A DNA stretch of 60,398 nt from Octopus bimaculoides (GCF_001194135.2 NC_068984.1:133144000-133204397); one strand, 5' to 3'. Positions 27,500-38,764 are shown, counted from the stretch's first letter. Numbers and translations: made by a program. Notes: generated by a model not told the origin, from the sequence alone.

Positions 27500-28212
27500 A
27501 ATATACATACATTCACATACATGCATGCACATATATACATACATCAATACATGTGCATGCATGTGTATGTGTTTTATATGAGTATATATATACACTGTGT
27601 GTGTAATTAAAATCTGTACAGCACCTTCTCTATTCTAATCTGGTGCTTTCTATACAGTCATGTTTGTAATGAACTGTTGAGTTTTATTTCCTGGATAGTT
27701 ATTTCTGTTCTTCCTACTGCTGAGTACATGTCAGTTATTTGGTCTTTCTGTTCCTTTTAAAGAATTTAAATGCCCTTTCTGTTGTCTTTTACTTTTTATT
27801 CATCAGAACCCCCACATATCAAGGATGTTTTCTTATCAAGCAAAATGTTTTGGGTACAACAAAAAGAAAAAAAAAATCAAAGGAAAAAAAATTATAGACG
27901 AACACTTTTTCTTTATTTTTTATTGTTATATTTGTTTTGTTGTGTTGTTTGTTGTTTATTTAATATTTAGTTATATTTTTGGGGTTTCTAATTCTTTTCC
28001 ATTGTTTATGCTGTTTTTTTTTTCTTTGAGAATGCTTTGAGAAGGAAGAATATACTGCAAGAAATAATATTTAATTTTCAGTTTTATGCAATTGAGAAAG
28101 TAACATTCAGACTCGTGTATGTATGTACATACATATTTCTTTATGTGTATGTGCATGCATGTTTATAGATGCTTGTGTGTGTGTGTATGTATATATATAT
28201 ATATATATATAT

Positions 28213-28362
28213 ACCAGAATAAGCATATAAATGTGAAACAAGGTGGAAAAATAGTACTCAAATACCAGAGGTAGATTAATATCACAAAACTATTCAACGA
28301 ACGGGAACGTGAAACTCTGAGTAACAGTTTTTGTGATATTTTTGCTGCTTTTTAATAAAGTG
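28213..28362 (+). mobile_element. ~150-bp hammerhead-bearing element (retrozyme or Penelope-like non-autonomous) between microsatellites
   Basis: Complex sequence bounded by (TA)n on the left and TA/CA repeats on the right. It contains the hammerhead and ends with AATAAA. Confidence 0.5.
28278..28340 (+). ncRNA. Degenerate type I hammerhead ribozyme motif
   Basis: Stem I AATATCACAAAACTAT / ACAGTTTTTGTGATATT. Core position TCAACGA (consensus CUGANGA). Stem II ACG-GGAA-CGT, then GAAA, palindromic stem III ACTC-T-GAGT, and a GUA triplet at 28321-28323. Confidence 0.75.
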
Positions 28363-28387
28363 TATATATACACACACGCACATACAC

Positions 28388-28551
28388 ACAAATATTAAAG
28401 GGATGGAGAAATACAATTGACTTACTAAGAATTTATTTACATTATATTATAATATACTATATAAAAAGATATATCTTTTTATATAGTATATTATAATGTA
28501 AATAAATTCTTAGTAAGTCAGTTGTATTTCTCCATTTCTTTTAATATTTGT
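28388..28551. repeat. 164-bp near-perfect palindrome with no spacer
   Basis: Axis between 28471 and 28472 (AAAAAGATA|TATCTTTTT). There is one 5-nt insertion in the left arm and few mismatches. Confidence 0.95.
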
Positions 28552-28670
28552 ATATTGTTATTATACCCTTTTATTTGTGGTATTCAACTGAAGTACCATT
28601 GAAAATTGGATGTTTTACTTCCAATTTTTAATGGTACTTGTATATACACATAAAACAATGGGAATTGTTT

Positions 28671-28773
<103 letters not shown>

Positions 28774-30774
28774 GCACACACATATGGATGAATTCCACAA
28801 ACACATACACACATATACATACATACATATAATGTTATGTATTTTATATATGTAAATTTGTATGTGTGTGTGAGTGTGTATGTACATACATGCATTCATA
28901 TATAGATATGAAATAAATTATGTCATATACTTTGTAATTTTTAGTAATTGAAATAAATTTTAGAAATTAAACCATTTTCGAAAAAAAAAATATTTCTAAA
29001 ACAAGACATAGATAGCATGAGAAATTCTGAATGAGAAATTTTATTATTATGTAAAGGACTTATTTATATATATTTTATTATTAATTAACTGTATTAATAT
29101 TTTAGCTGTTTAAATTGAGTGTGGTTGATTTTATTCAATTGAATGTGATATTTTCTGAAACACTGAACTGTCTGCTTTCATCTAAGCTTTACATGGCTCC
29201 TGCTGGGTAACTGTGGTGAACTATGGTTTGATATGATGACAGATTGAGCTGAACTGATACAATGAATAAAATACTTCTAATGAAGATGAAATACGCTATT
29301 TATTGTTCAAATAATTTGTTTATTGTTTTGTCTTTTTGTTTGCTCTTTTTCTTCCACATTTTTTTACTCTGCAAGTGAACAAGGAAGTGAAAGTCTATGC
29401 GGTACAGTCCAACCTGTTAGAAGTTGCGGCCAAATGTCCTTTCGAAACATGCACTATAACCTTCTTATAAAGAAAGGATACAATGTGGTCTGAGATAACG
29501 ACCTTGTGTTTGGTAAAAGAACAACAGGATAGGAATAGTGAATGCCTTTCTTTATAGCTCTCTTGGTTCAGGGCTGAACTTGGGAGAATGATAATGATTT
29601 AAGAAATTTTCTCAAATTTTAGTATTTTTATTAATAATGTTGAGTCCTTTTTGATAACAAATTATGCCAACTACATAAGTTTACTACTTAATTGTCCATT
29701 AGTCTTTTCATTACCATATTTCTGTTGAAAAACACTGCCTTTGTTTAAATTAATATTGCAAATAATGAAGAATTTAGGAAAATAATTTTGTCGTTCGTCA
29801 CTTATCTGGTGTTTCGAACATAACACGAAATTTCGATGGAATGTTTTAATTTAGAACACTTTAAAATGGAATATTTTTATCACAGGTCTTAAGTAAATTG
29901 ATATCAAAAGAGTTAAAGAATTATCATTTAGCAAAGTTGTTATCATGTCAGACAAAATACTTAATGGCATATCTTCCAGCTTTCCCTGTTTTGAGTTCAA
30001 ATTAACTTTGCCCTTTCTCCTTTTTGGAGTCAATTAGATAAGTACCAGTTGAGCACTGAAGTCAATGTAATTGACATACCCCTTACTTCTAAAATTGCTG
30101 ATATTGTGTCAAAATTTTAAAGCATTATTGTCCTGTTCACTGCAGATTAAAACTAGGGAATTTAATAAATTTTTTCTCATTTCAGTTTCTTAGGGTTGAA
30201 AAAAATTAGTTGGAAATATTACCTTTTATTATGTTTACTTCTCCTTTGTATAGACTGAATCACTTATTTTATTCCAGATTTGTGTGTCTTTCGTGTAGAA
30301 AATAATAGAAATTCTCCATTGACCTCAAAAGTGATCACATTACAGTCTAAATATTGGTGCATCTCATTCATTCTGCCATGGAACAATATGACTGGACTCA
30401 GCTGTTTGAATACTGACAATCTGACACGGATGACTGGACATTCAGCTTGATTTGGCAACAGAACATTTTGGTGCTGGACGCAAAAACGCACGCACACATG
30501 AGCAAAGAAATATACACATACAGAAAGAGTAAGAGAGAGAGAAGGAAGGAGAGACATTGCAGTTTATTAATTGATCACAATTGACATAAACACTTACCCT
30601 CTCCTCATGTACGTAGAGAAAGATGCTCATATACACATAAAGAGTGGCTGTGTGGTAAGTAGCTTGCTTACCAACCACATGGTTCCAGGTTCATTTCCAC
30701 TGTGTGGCACCTTGGGCAAGTGTCTTCTACTATAGCTTCGGGATATATAGATGGATATATAATGTATATATATA

Positions 30775-31158
30775 TAGTGGCACGTAAATAGCACCATTTG
30801 AGCAAGACCATTACCAACGTCGCCTTCTTGGCACTTGTGCCAGTGGCACGTGAAAAAACATTCGAGCGAGTTCATTGCCAGTACCGCTGGACTGGCTCCT
30901 GTGCAGGTGGCACGTAAAATACACCATTTCGAGCATGGCCGTTGCCAGTACCTCCTGACTGGCCTTCATGCTGGTGGCACGTAAAAGCACCCATGACACT
31001 CTCGGAGTGGTTGGCGTTAGGAAGGGCATCCAGCTGTAGAAACTCTGCCAAATCAGATTGGAGCCTGGTGTAGCCATCTGGTTCACCAGTCCTCAGTCAA
31101 ATCGTCCAACCCATGCTAGCATGGAAAGCAGACGTTAAACGATGATGATGATGATGAT
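30775..31158 (+). mobile_element. Family C repeat with a 4-unit internal tandem array
   Basis: GTGGCACGT anchors at ~30778, 30843, 30906 and 30974, then the family C body and a (GAT)n tail. Confidence 0.85.
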
Positions 31159-32499
31159 AGATATATATATATATNNNNNNNNNNNNNNNNNNNNNNNNNN
31201 NNNNNNNNNNNNNNNNNNNNNNNNNNNNNNNNNNNNNNNNNNNNNNNNNNNNNNNNNNNNNNNNNNNNNNNNNNNNNNNNNNNNNNNNNNNNNNNNNNNN
31301 NNNNNNNNNNNNNNNNNNNNNNNNNNNNNNNNNNNNNNNNNNNNNNNNNNNNNNNNNNNNNNNNNNNNNNNNNNNNNNNNNNNNNNNNNNNNNNNNNNNN
31401 NNNNNNNNNNNNNNNNNNNNNNNNNNNNNNNNNNNNNNNNNNNNNNNNNNNNNNNNNNNNNNNNNNNNNNNNNNNNNNNNNNNNNNNNNNNNNNNNNNNN
31501 NNNNNNNNNNNNNNNNNNNNNNNNNNNNNNNNNNNNNNNNNNNNNNNNNNNNNNNNNNNNNNNNNNNNNATATATGTATCCATGTGTGTGGCTAATTGAT
31601 TCTATTAACAGCTAGTCTCTTTGTGTTGTCTTGTAAAAATCTTCTAAATATAGAGTCTAAAGTCTAATACTGTATTGATATAAATGCTCACGCATTCCCT
31701 GCTTTTAGAATAAAACTAATTATACTCTTAGAAAGCAAAAATATTAAGAAAAAAAATATTTGTTGCATTGAAAGTTTTCTTTAAAATTCCATCTCCTGTG
31801 ATTTAGCATCTCTCCTGTTAAGATCCACATAATGTATTCAGAGTTAAAGATAATATAATAGTTATTCTATTAATTTCATTATTTGATATTTTTCATTATT
31901 CACAAATATCAGAGATATTTTTGTTATTCACAGTATCTCTGATAGAGAATGTTCATATTTAGAGCGTAATTTTCCAGAAATCCAGCATACAAGCAACATG
32001 GAGTAAATATATTCATGTAATTACATCATCATTATTATCACTACAACTACTACTACTACTACTACTACTACTCAGGTGGATAGAAATGTTAGCAAGCTGG
32101 GCAAAATGTTTAGCATCATTTTGTCCATCTTTACTTGCCGCGTTCAACTACTGCTGAGGTCGGCCTGAATGTCCAGTCATCCGTGTCAGATGTTGGTTTG
32201 TTCATGTTCCTATAACCAATGCTTTGTGAGTGAATTTGGTTGTGGAAACTGTGCAAACCTATCATTTATGTATATACTAGCAAACTTACCCATTTACGAT
32301 GGGTGATAAGAGCAGGGTGCAAATCGAGACAATTTAAGTTGTACTTATTTTTATTCATTATATGTGATAGTGCCAAACTATATAGTGTACCTTATTGAAC
32401 AATACATATGTAAACATTTACATAACACATTCATGATGCTATCTTTACAAAACCTCTTTGTAAACAATATTCTCCGTTTGTCCACAATTAAGCTTCAAA

Positions 32500-32649
32500 T
32501 TAGCTGAATCCGTTGCCCCTACTCATCGCAACATACAGCTGGGCGTGCATAAACATGGGAGAGGGAAGAAACACACCGACGCGATCCAAAGTCTGGCCCC
32601 AAGACTTGTTGGCCCTAAAGGAGAAGGCTAATTTGATAGGAAACTGCCT
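32500..32649 (-). pseudogene. Helitron PIF1-like helicase C-terminal fragment
   Basis: RQFPIKLAFSFRANKSWGQTLDRVGVFLPSPMFMHAQLYVAMSR matches the PIF1/Helitron motifs RQFP.RLAFA.TINKSQGQTL and F.HGQLYVALSR. It is cut by a SINE at about 32652. Confidence 0.92.
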
Positions 32650-32651
32650 GC

Positions 32652-32884
32652 AAGGCGGCGAGCTGGCAGAAACGTTACCCCACCGGGCAAAATGTTTAGC
32701 AGTATTTCGTCTGCCGTTACATTCTGAGTTCAAGTTCCGCCGAGGTCGACTATGCCTTTCATCGTTTCGGGGTCAATAAATTAAGTACCAGTTACGCACT
32801 GGGGTCGATGTAATCAACTCAATCCCTTTGTCTGTCCTTGTTTGTCCCCTCTATGTTTAGCCCCTTGTGGGCAATAAAGAAATA
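32652..32884 (+). mobile_element. SINE family A, full length, nested in the Helitron
   Basis: Complete match from head to tail. Confidence 0.92.
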
Positions 32885-33100
32885 GGAAACTGATTATCTG
32901 AAGACATCTGAGGTATAAACAGACGTTTCATAATCTCCAAAACTGTCACACATGGCTGCGTGAATCAGAAGTTTGGTTCCCAATCACATGGTTCTGGATT
33001 CAGTCCTATTGCATGGCACCTTTGGCAAGTGTCCTCTACTAAAGCCCCTAGCCGACAAGAGCTTTATGAGCAGATTTGGTTGACAGAAACTAAAAAAAGT

Positions 33101-33333
33101 AAGGCGGCGAGCTGGCAGAAACGTTAGCACGCCGGGCGAAATGCTTAGAGGTATTTCGTCTGCCGCTACGTTCTGAGTTCAAATTCCGCCGAGGTCGACT
33201 TTGCCTTTCATCCTTTCGGGGTCGATTAAATAAGTACCAGTTACGCACTGGGGTCGATGTAATCGACTTAATCCATTTGTCTGTCCTTGTTTGTCCCCTC
33301 TGTGTGTAGCCCCTTGTGGGTAGTAAAGAAATA
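33101..33333 (+). mobile_element. SINE family A, full length, nested in the Helitron
   Basis: Complete match from head to tail. Confidence 0.92.
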
Positions 33334-33804
33334 ACTGTGAGACCGGTGTGATACTGGGATCTTATTTTCGTCAAAATCATCTTGCACTGCAATTAAGTTA
33401 TAACCTGTGATCATTTCATCAACTTCACTATCTGCGAGGGAAATATTTTGTAACTCATCATGTTCGACTTGCAATTGCACTCGCCTAGCTCGCAGTCATG
33501 CTCGAGTCTTATAGGTTTGTTCGGTAGCTCTAACTGTAGGAGAACTTCTCCTTGATCGATGTGCTGCAGTATTTTCCTCTTGTTCTGCATCTCTGACAGC
33601 CGGATTTAGCCTATGTGATCGACGTGCTGAGGTATTTCTTTGTTGCTCAGAGTCTCTCACTTCTATATTTTAGCGCTTTGCACTCCATGCTTCTGTATCT
33701 CATTCTTGTTCGGCTTGTCTGTATGCTTCATCCGACCAAGTCCTACTGGTAGAAGCAGCATTTCTTGTTTTTCTCCCAATTGACGACTTCCGTTTTGGTG
33801 TCAT
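33334..33804 (-). pseudogene. Probable Helitron Rep-helicase N-terminal fragment with three in-frame stops
   Basis: MTPKRKSSIGRKTRNAA..., then four 21-aa repeats (e.g. VRDSEQQRNTSARRSHRLNPA / VRDAEQEENTAAHRSRRSSPT), a style common in Helitron N-termini. It lies between the Helitron ends. Confidence 0.65.
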
Positions 33805-33949
33805 GATCTGATACGAATAAAATAATAAATGAGCAACATAAAAAAAACTTTTGTTACATTTTAATTAACGTGTTATATAATGCACGCATATCATGTCATT
33901 CTTTGTTTTATACATCGTAGTGTGAAACATAGTAGGAAAAGTTACCTGA

Positions 33950-34280
33950 GGCGTAGGAGTGGCTGTCTGGTAAGTAGCTTGCTTACGAACCACATGATTC
34001 TGGATTCAGTCCCACTGCGTGGCACCTTGGGCAAGTGTCTTCTACTATAGCCTCGGGCCGACCAAAGCCTTGTGAGTGGATTTGGTAGACAGAAAACTGA
34101 AAAAAGCCCGTCGTATATATGTATATATATGTTTGTGTGTCTGTGTTTGTCCCCCCAACATTGCTTGACAACCGATGCTGGTGTGTTTACGTCCCCATAA
34201 CTTAGCGGTCCAGCAAAAGAGACCGATAGAATAAGTACTAGGCTTACAAAGAATAAGTCCTGGGGTCAATTTGCTCGACT
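33950..34280 (+). mobile_element. SINE family B nested in the Helitron, running into a gap
   Basis: Head, microsatellite and tail 1 are visible. Confidence 0.9.
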
Positions 34281-34941
34281 NNNNNNNNNNNNNNNNNNNN
34301 NNNNNNNNNNNNNNNNNNNNNNNNNNNNNNNNNNNNNNNNNNNNNNNNNNNNNNNNNNNNNNNNNNNNNNNNNNNNNNNNNNNNNNNNNNNNNNNNNNNN
34401 NNNNNNNNNNNNNNNNNNNNNNNNNNNNNNNNNNNNNNNNNNNNNNNNNNNNNNNNNNNNNNNNNNNNNNNNNNNNNNNNNNNNNNNNNNNNNNNNNNNN
34501 NNNNNNNNNNNNNNNNNNNNNNNNNNNNNNNNNNNNNNNNNNNNNNNNNNNNNNNNNNNNNNNNNNNNNNNNNNNNNNNNNNNNNNNNNNNNNNNNNNNN
34601 NNNNNNNNNNNNNNNNNNNNNNNNNNNNNNNNNNNNNNNNNNNNNNNNNNNNNNNNNNNNNNNNNNNNNNNNCCCCCCCCCCCCGAACAGCGCTACAAAG
34701 TTTCATGCCAATCGTCCAACCGTTTGGCCATGATGTGAGTACAGACAGACATTACGCCCATTATAGTATGATATATATATCATATTCATCATCATCAGCA
34801 CTTAATGTCCATTTTTCATGCTGGCATGGGGTGGACGGCTTGACAGGTTCCATAGTCTGTTTTGGTTTGGTTTATATGGCTGGATGCCCTTCCTAATGCC
34901 AACCACTCGTCAAAGCGTACTGGGTGCTCTTTACATGGCAC

Positions 34942-34993
<52 letters not shown>

Positions 34994-34995
<2 letters not shown>

Positions 34996-35228
34996 GGTGT
35001 TCAAAAAGTCTCTCTGCAGTAAGTATTTAATGGTTTATGGGCGATTCTTGTACACTGATCCTTTACTTGCTCCCCAGAAAAAAAAAGTCTGGCAGTGTTA
35101 AATCAAGTGATCTTGGTGGCCAAAGGCCCTTCGAAATAATCCGTTCACCAAAAATACTCTTGAAGTAATGCCATGATGATGCGCAGGATGGAAAAAATTC
35201 ACTGCAGAGAGACTTTTTGAAGACCCTG
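34994..35228 (-). mobile_element. Tc1/mariner MITE in (TA)n
   Basis: TIRs GGTGTTCAAAAAGTCTCTCTGCAGT / ACTGCAGAGAGACTTTTTGAAGACCCTG. Internal WPPRSLDLTLPDFFFLG is the WPPRSPDL motif of Tc1/DD37D-type transposases. Confidence 0.85.
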
Positions 35229-35890
35229 TATATATATGCATGTATAGATGTATTTATGGTTGATCTCCCTCTCACTGCTTGACAACTGCTGTTGGCTTTG
35301 TTTATATTTCTATAACTTAGTGGCTTGGCAAAAGAGACTGATAGAATCAGTACAAAATTTTAAAAGAAAATAAGTACTTGGAGCGATTTGATCAATTAAA
35401 ATAGTTCAAGGTGATCCCCCCCAGCATAACTGCAGTCCAATGACTGCAACATGAAAAGCATAAGAAGTTATGTATACGTTATATGTATGCATCTATTTGC
35501 TTGTCTTTCTTTGTGTCTGTGTGTATAGTATTACCATCATTAGACAAGAAAGATCATTTGATACCTCTTTTGGGTGGAGGGGAAATATTTATAAGCATAA
35601 ACCAGTACAATAAATCACTCACACATACAGACACACCCTGTGTACATACAGATGCTCACCAACACTGGCATTTGAAAAACTGAGGCAATGACATAAACCC
35701 AGATACATGGGAAAGATCATGCATGCACATTCCGACACACACACACACATGCACACACACATACACATAATCAAATATGTAATCTTCAGCCTTGTTCCTT
35801 TACATATTTTTGATCAATCCATGTCACAGCAATACCTACACGTACAAACGCACACACCTGCACATACCAATTAATGCAATATAAACCCAT

Positions 35891-36326
35891 AGGTGTGGCT
35901 GTGTGGTGCTGGAGTGACTATGTGGTTGAAAAGCTTTCTTCCCAACCACATGGTTTTGGGTTCAGTCCCAGTTCATGGCACCTTGGACAAGTGTCTTATA
36001 CGATAACACCAGGATGACCAAAGCCTTGTGAGTGGACTTGATGAAAGCTGCAAGAAGCTCATTGTGTGTGTGTGCGCGCGCGCACACATGTGTGTGCTTG
36101 TGTTTGTGTCTCCTTGTCTTGAAATTGTGTGATTGTCATAAGTAAATGTTATTCATTTCCAATATTCTGCGTAAACATATCCAGCCATGAGGAAATACTA
36201 CTTTACTTGGAAACAAGTGAGGGTTGGTATACAGGAAGGGCATCCAGCCATAGAAAATTTGCTTCCATAAGCACTGATTCAAGCAAGCATAGAAAAGTGG
36301 ACATTAAAATGATGATGATGATGATT
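35891..36326 (+). mobile_element. SINE B head, microsatellite and alternative tail E
   Basis: Tail E reads CTTGGAAACAAGTGAGGGTTGG...GCATAGAAAAGTGGACATTAAAATGATGATG. Confidence 0.8.
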
Positions 36327-36331
36327 ATGAC

Positions 36332-36440
36332 GTACCATATATACTTGACTATAAAACACCCTCACCTATAAGATGCACCCCCGACTTACAAGGTTCAAAT
36401 TGGGAATTTTATCATTGACCTGACTATAAGTTGCAGCGAC
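36332..36440 (+). mobile_element. Possible pogo-like transposon end
   Basis: TACCATATATACTTGACTATAAAACAC...CTATAAGATGCAC resembles TACCGTATATACTCG-type termini. No partner end was seen. Confidence 0.4.
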
Positions 36441-36876
36441 TTTTTTGATGTTGGAGAGCAAAGTTCGATTAGGAATCGTGCTGACATAGTTGTTGTTCAG
36501 TAACTGAGCTTTCAGTAAGCTGAAGGTGATTTACAACAACTGTTATCCCATTAAAGTCCATGCATTTTAGAAACCATTGTTTATAATGTAAAACTATTTT
36601 ATCTTGTTTGGTTATTCCTAGTGTCGGAACTTCAGACGTGGCTTGTACGTAGAAAATATCTGAAGATTTTTTTTATAGGATGCGATGGTAAGTAGCTTGC
36701 TTACCAACCACATGGTTGTGGGTTCAGTCCCACTGCGTGGAACCTTCGGCAAGTGTCTTCTACTATAGCTTTGGGCCAACCAAAGCCTTGTGAGTGGATT
36801 TGGTAGATGGAGACTGAAAGAAGCCCGTCATATATATATATATATATGTGTGTGTGTATGTTTGTGTGTCTGTGTT

Positions 36877-36916
<40 letters not shown>

Positions 36917-36969
36917 CACACATAATATATGTATGTATACATGTATGTATGTATGCCTGTATATATGTG

Positions 36970-37268
36970 AGATAATAGTTTCACTTTAATAGTTTCAGTA
37001 TTAAAGTGAGAATATCTGACATTACAATAGAGAGATGTTGTTTCACTTTTGACACATAATACTGAAATAGTGGAGGAGATATGATATTGCTCTGAGCTTG
37101 CAGTAGGCAAGAAGTTGAAAATTTTTTTGGCCTATGACACTACATGCACCCTAAGTTAAGGCATGTGTAAAATTTGAATGAAATAGGTTGTGTAGTTCTC
37201 AAGTTTTAGGGATTCACACAGACACACAGATAGACAGACACACACATTCTCATCTTTATATATATAGA
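36970..37268 (-). mobile_element. Second Helitron-like element, 5' part only
   Basis: The minus strand begins A|TCTATATATATAAAGATGAGAATGTGTGTGTCTGTC...TTCAAATTTTACAC, typical of non-autonomous Helitron 5' ends. No CTAG 3' end was found. Confidence 0.65.
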
Positions 37269-37816
37269 TAGCCATATCTATATATCTATACATATGTATA
37301 GCAATATATTCCACACAAACACACATTACAACTATAAATCAATAAAGACGTACTATGTACATATAACACACACATACTATGTACATATAACTATATACCA
37401 CTACACACACGCACAGACCACAGTTGACATTAGACATAAACCCAATGACATGTAGCTGCAAAAACCAAACCTCGCAAGCATACTAATGAACACTCACTCA
37501 CACAAATGTACAGACATACACATACCTCTGATTTAACTGTCTTCGACGATGTGAGCTTGGTTATTCTCTCTAGGCCTGCTGAGATACTGAGCTCATCCAT
37601 CATACTTAGTATTAATAAATATATTGAATGATGGTCATATTTGGTCGACAACTGCTGAGAGGTTGAATGAGTTTGTGCTCATTGTGTTTTTTTTTTTTAA
37701 TAGATTTCCTGTAAATTTCTCTGTTAACCCTCTGTACCATAGTTTTCATTATATAAGTATTCGTTCATTCATTCAGTCACTTTATGTCCACTCTTCCATG
37801 CTAGCATGAACTAGAC

Positions 37817-38268
37817 CTCGAATTCTTAAACATTTTTTATCTATGAACCCTTTTCATTTCTATTTCATTCTGGTGGACCCCCACCCCATAGCCATTCGAT
37901 GCTTAAAAACTAGTTTTATAGAAGTTTCTTTCAAAATTCCTATTTTGTTTTACGCACATTATCTTGTGTAGGTTGAACACTGTAAAATGTTACAGAAAAA
38001 AACCTAGCTGTTTCTTGCAATAAATACTAATACATACATCTAAAGCAAAATATTTTAGGGGCCCTTAACATACTATTGTGGATCCCCCAATTTGCTATTT
38101 TGTTATATGTACCCCAGCCCCAAATCTTATATGGACTCTCAGGGGGCATATGGACTCTCAGGGGGCATATGGACTCTCAGGGGGCATATGGACTCTCAGG
38201 GGGCATATGGACTCTCAGGGGGCATATGGACTCTCAGGGGGCATATGGACCCCGGTTGAGAATCACTG
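37817..38268. mobile_element. hAT (Charlie-like) MITE
   Basis: Right end GGACCCCGGTTGAGAATCACTG and a decayed left end. 8-bp target duplication AACTAGAC (37809-37816) / AGCTAGAC (38269-38276) with a CTAG core. Confidence 0.7.
38129..38250 (+). repeat. 19-bp minisatellite, 6 perfect copies plus 8 nt
   Basis: Unit ATATGGACTCTCAGGGGGC. Confidence 0.97.
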
Positions 38269-38764
38269 AGCTAGACAAACACAGAATAGGTGTTTTAGAG
38301 CTGATTATTCTTTCTGTCAGTAACTCTTATATGATTTGTGAAAGTGGAAGCTAAAGTAAGTATTGAACAAAGTGAGGGGTAGCAGCAGTTACTGATAGAT
38401 AGAGAGTGAAGGCAGTTAATATTGAACCAGCGGTGGGGAACAACAGCAAGACTGAAGAATGGAGGACATTCAGGAAGAGGAAAGTGACTCATATTGATAA
38501 ATAGCAGAACTAAAGCAATAATGACACATGCATCTTCAGATTCTACCTTCACCTATTATTACAGAAGAGTGATGGAGGGACAAGAAGTAGAAGGAGAAAG
38601 AGGATACAGGAAGTGTGTACACAACAGGTGTTCATCAAACCCATACCAGCATGGAAAGCCAGAAGTAACATGAAAGACTGTGTGTGTGTTTGATTATGTA
38701 CTTACACATATTTTTTTTTTTTTTTTACATTCATTTTTCAGTATATATATATATATGTATATAC

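Larger units (their letters stand above)
32277..34771 (-). mobile_element. Helitron internal-deletion derivative with nested SINEs
   Basis: 5' end A|TCATACTATAAT...GTCTGTCTGT at 34771. 3' end CTAG|T at 32277, preceded by the hairpin ACCCAT-5nt-ATGGGT (32288-32304). It contains helicase C-terminal and N-terminal ORF remnants in the same orientation. Confidence 0.85.

Noticed and set aside
30264-30557. Protein-like minus-strand ORF (97 aa); similarly 40524-40718
   Set aside because: No recognisable motif, the start lies in simple repeat or there is no convincing splice context.
32895-32940. CTGAAGA followed by a hairpin as a hammerhead; also CTGATGA at ~15715, 16169 and 47264
   Set aside because: There is no GAAA after stem II and no stem I/III pairing.
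38129-38250. Regular repeats here, at 30775-31010 and at 56212-56897 as CRISPR arrays
   Set aside because: There are no unique spacers, no cas genes, and the context is eukaryotic.
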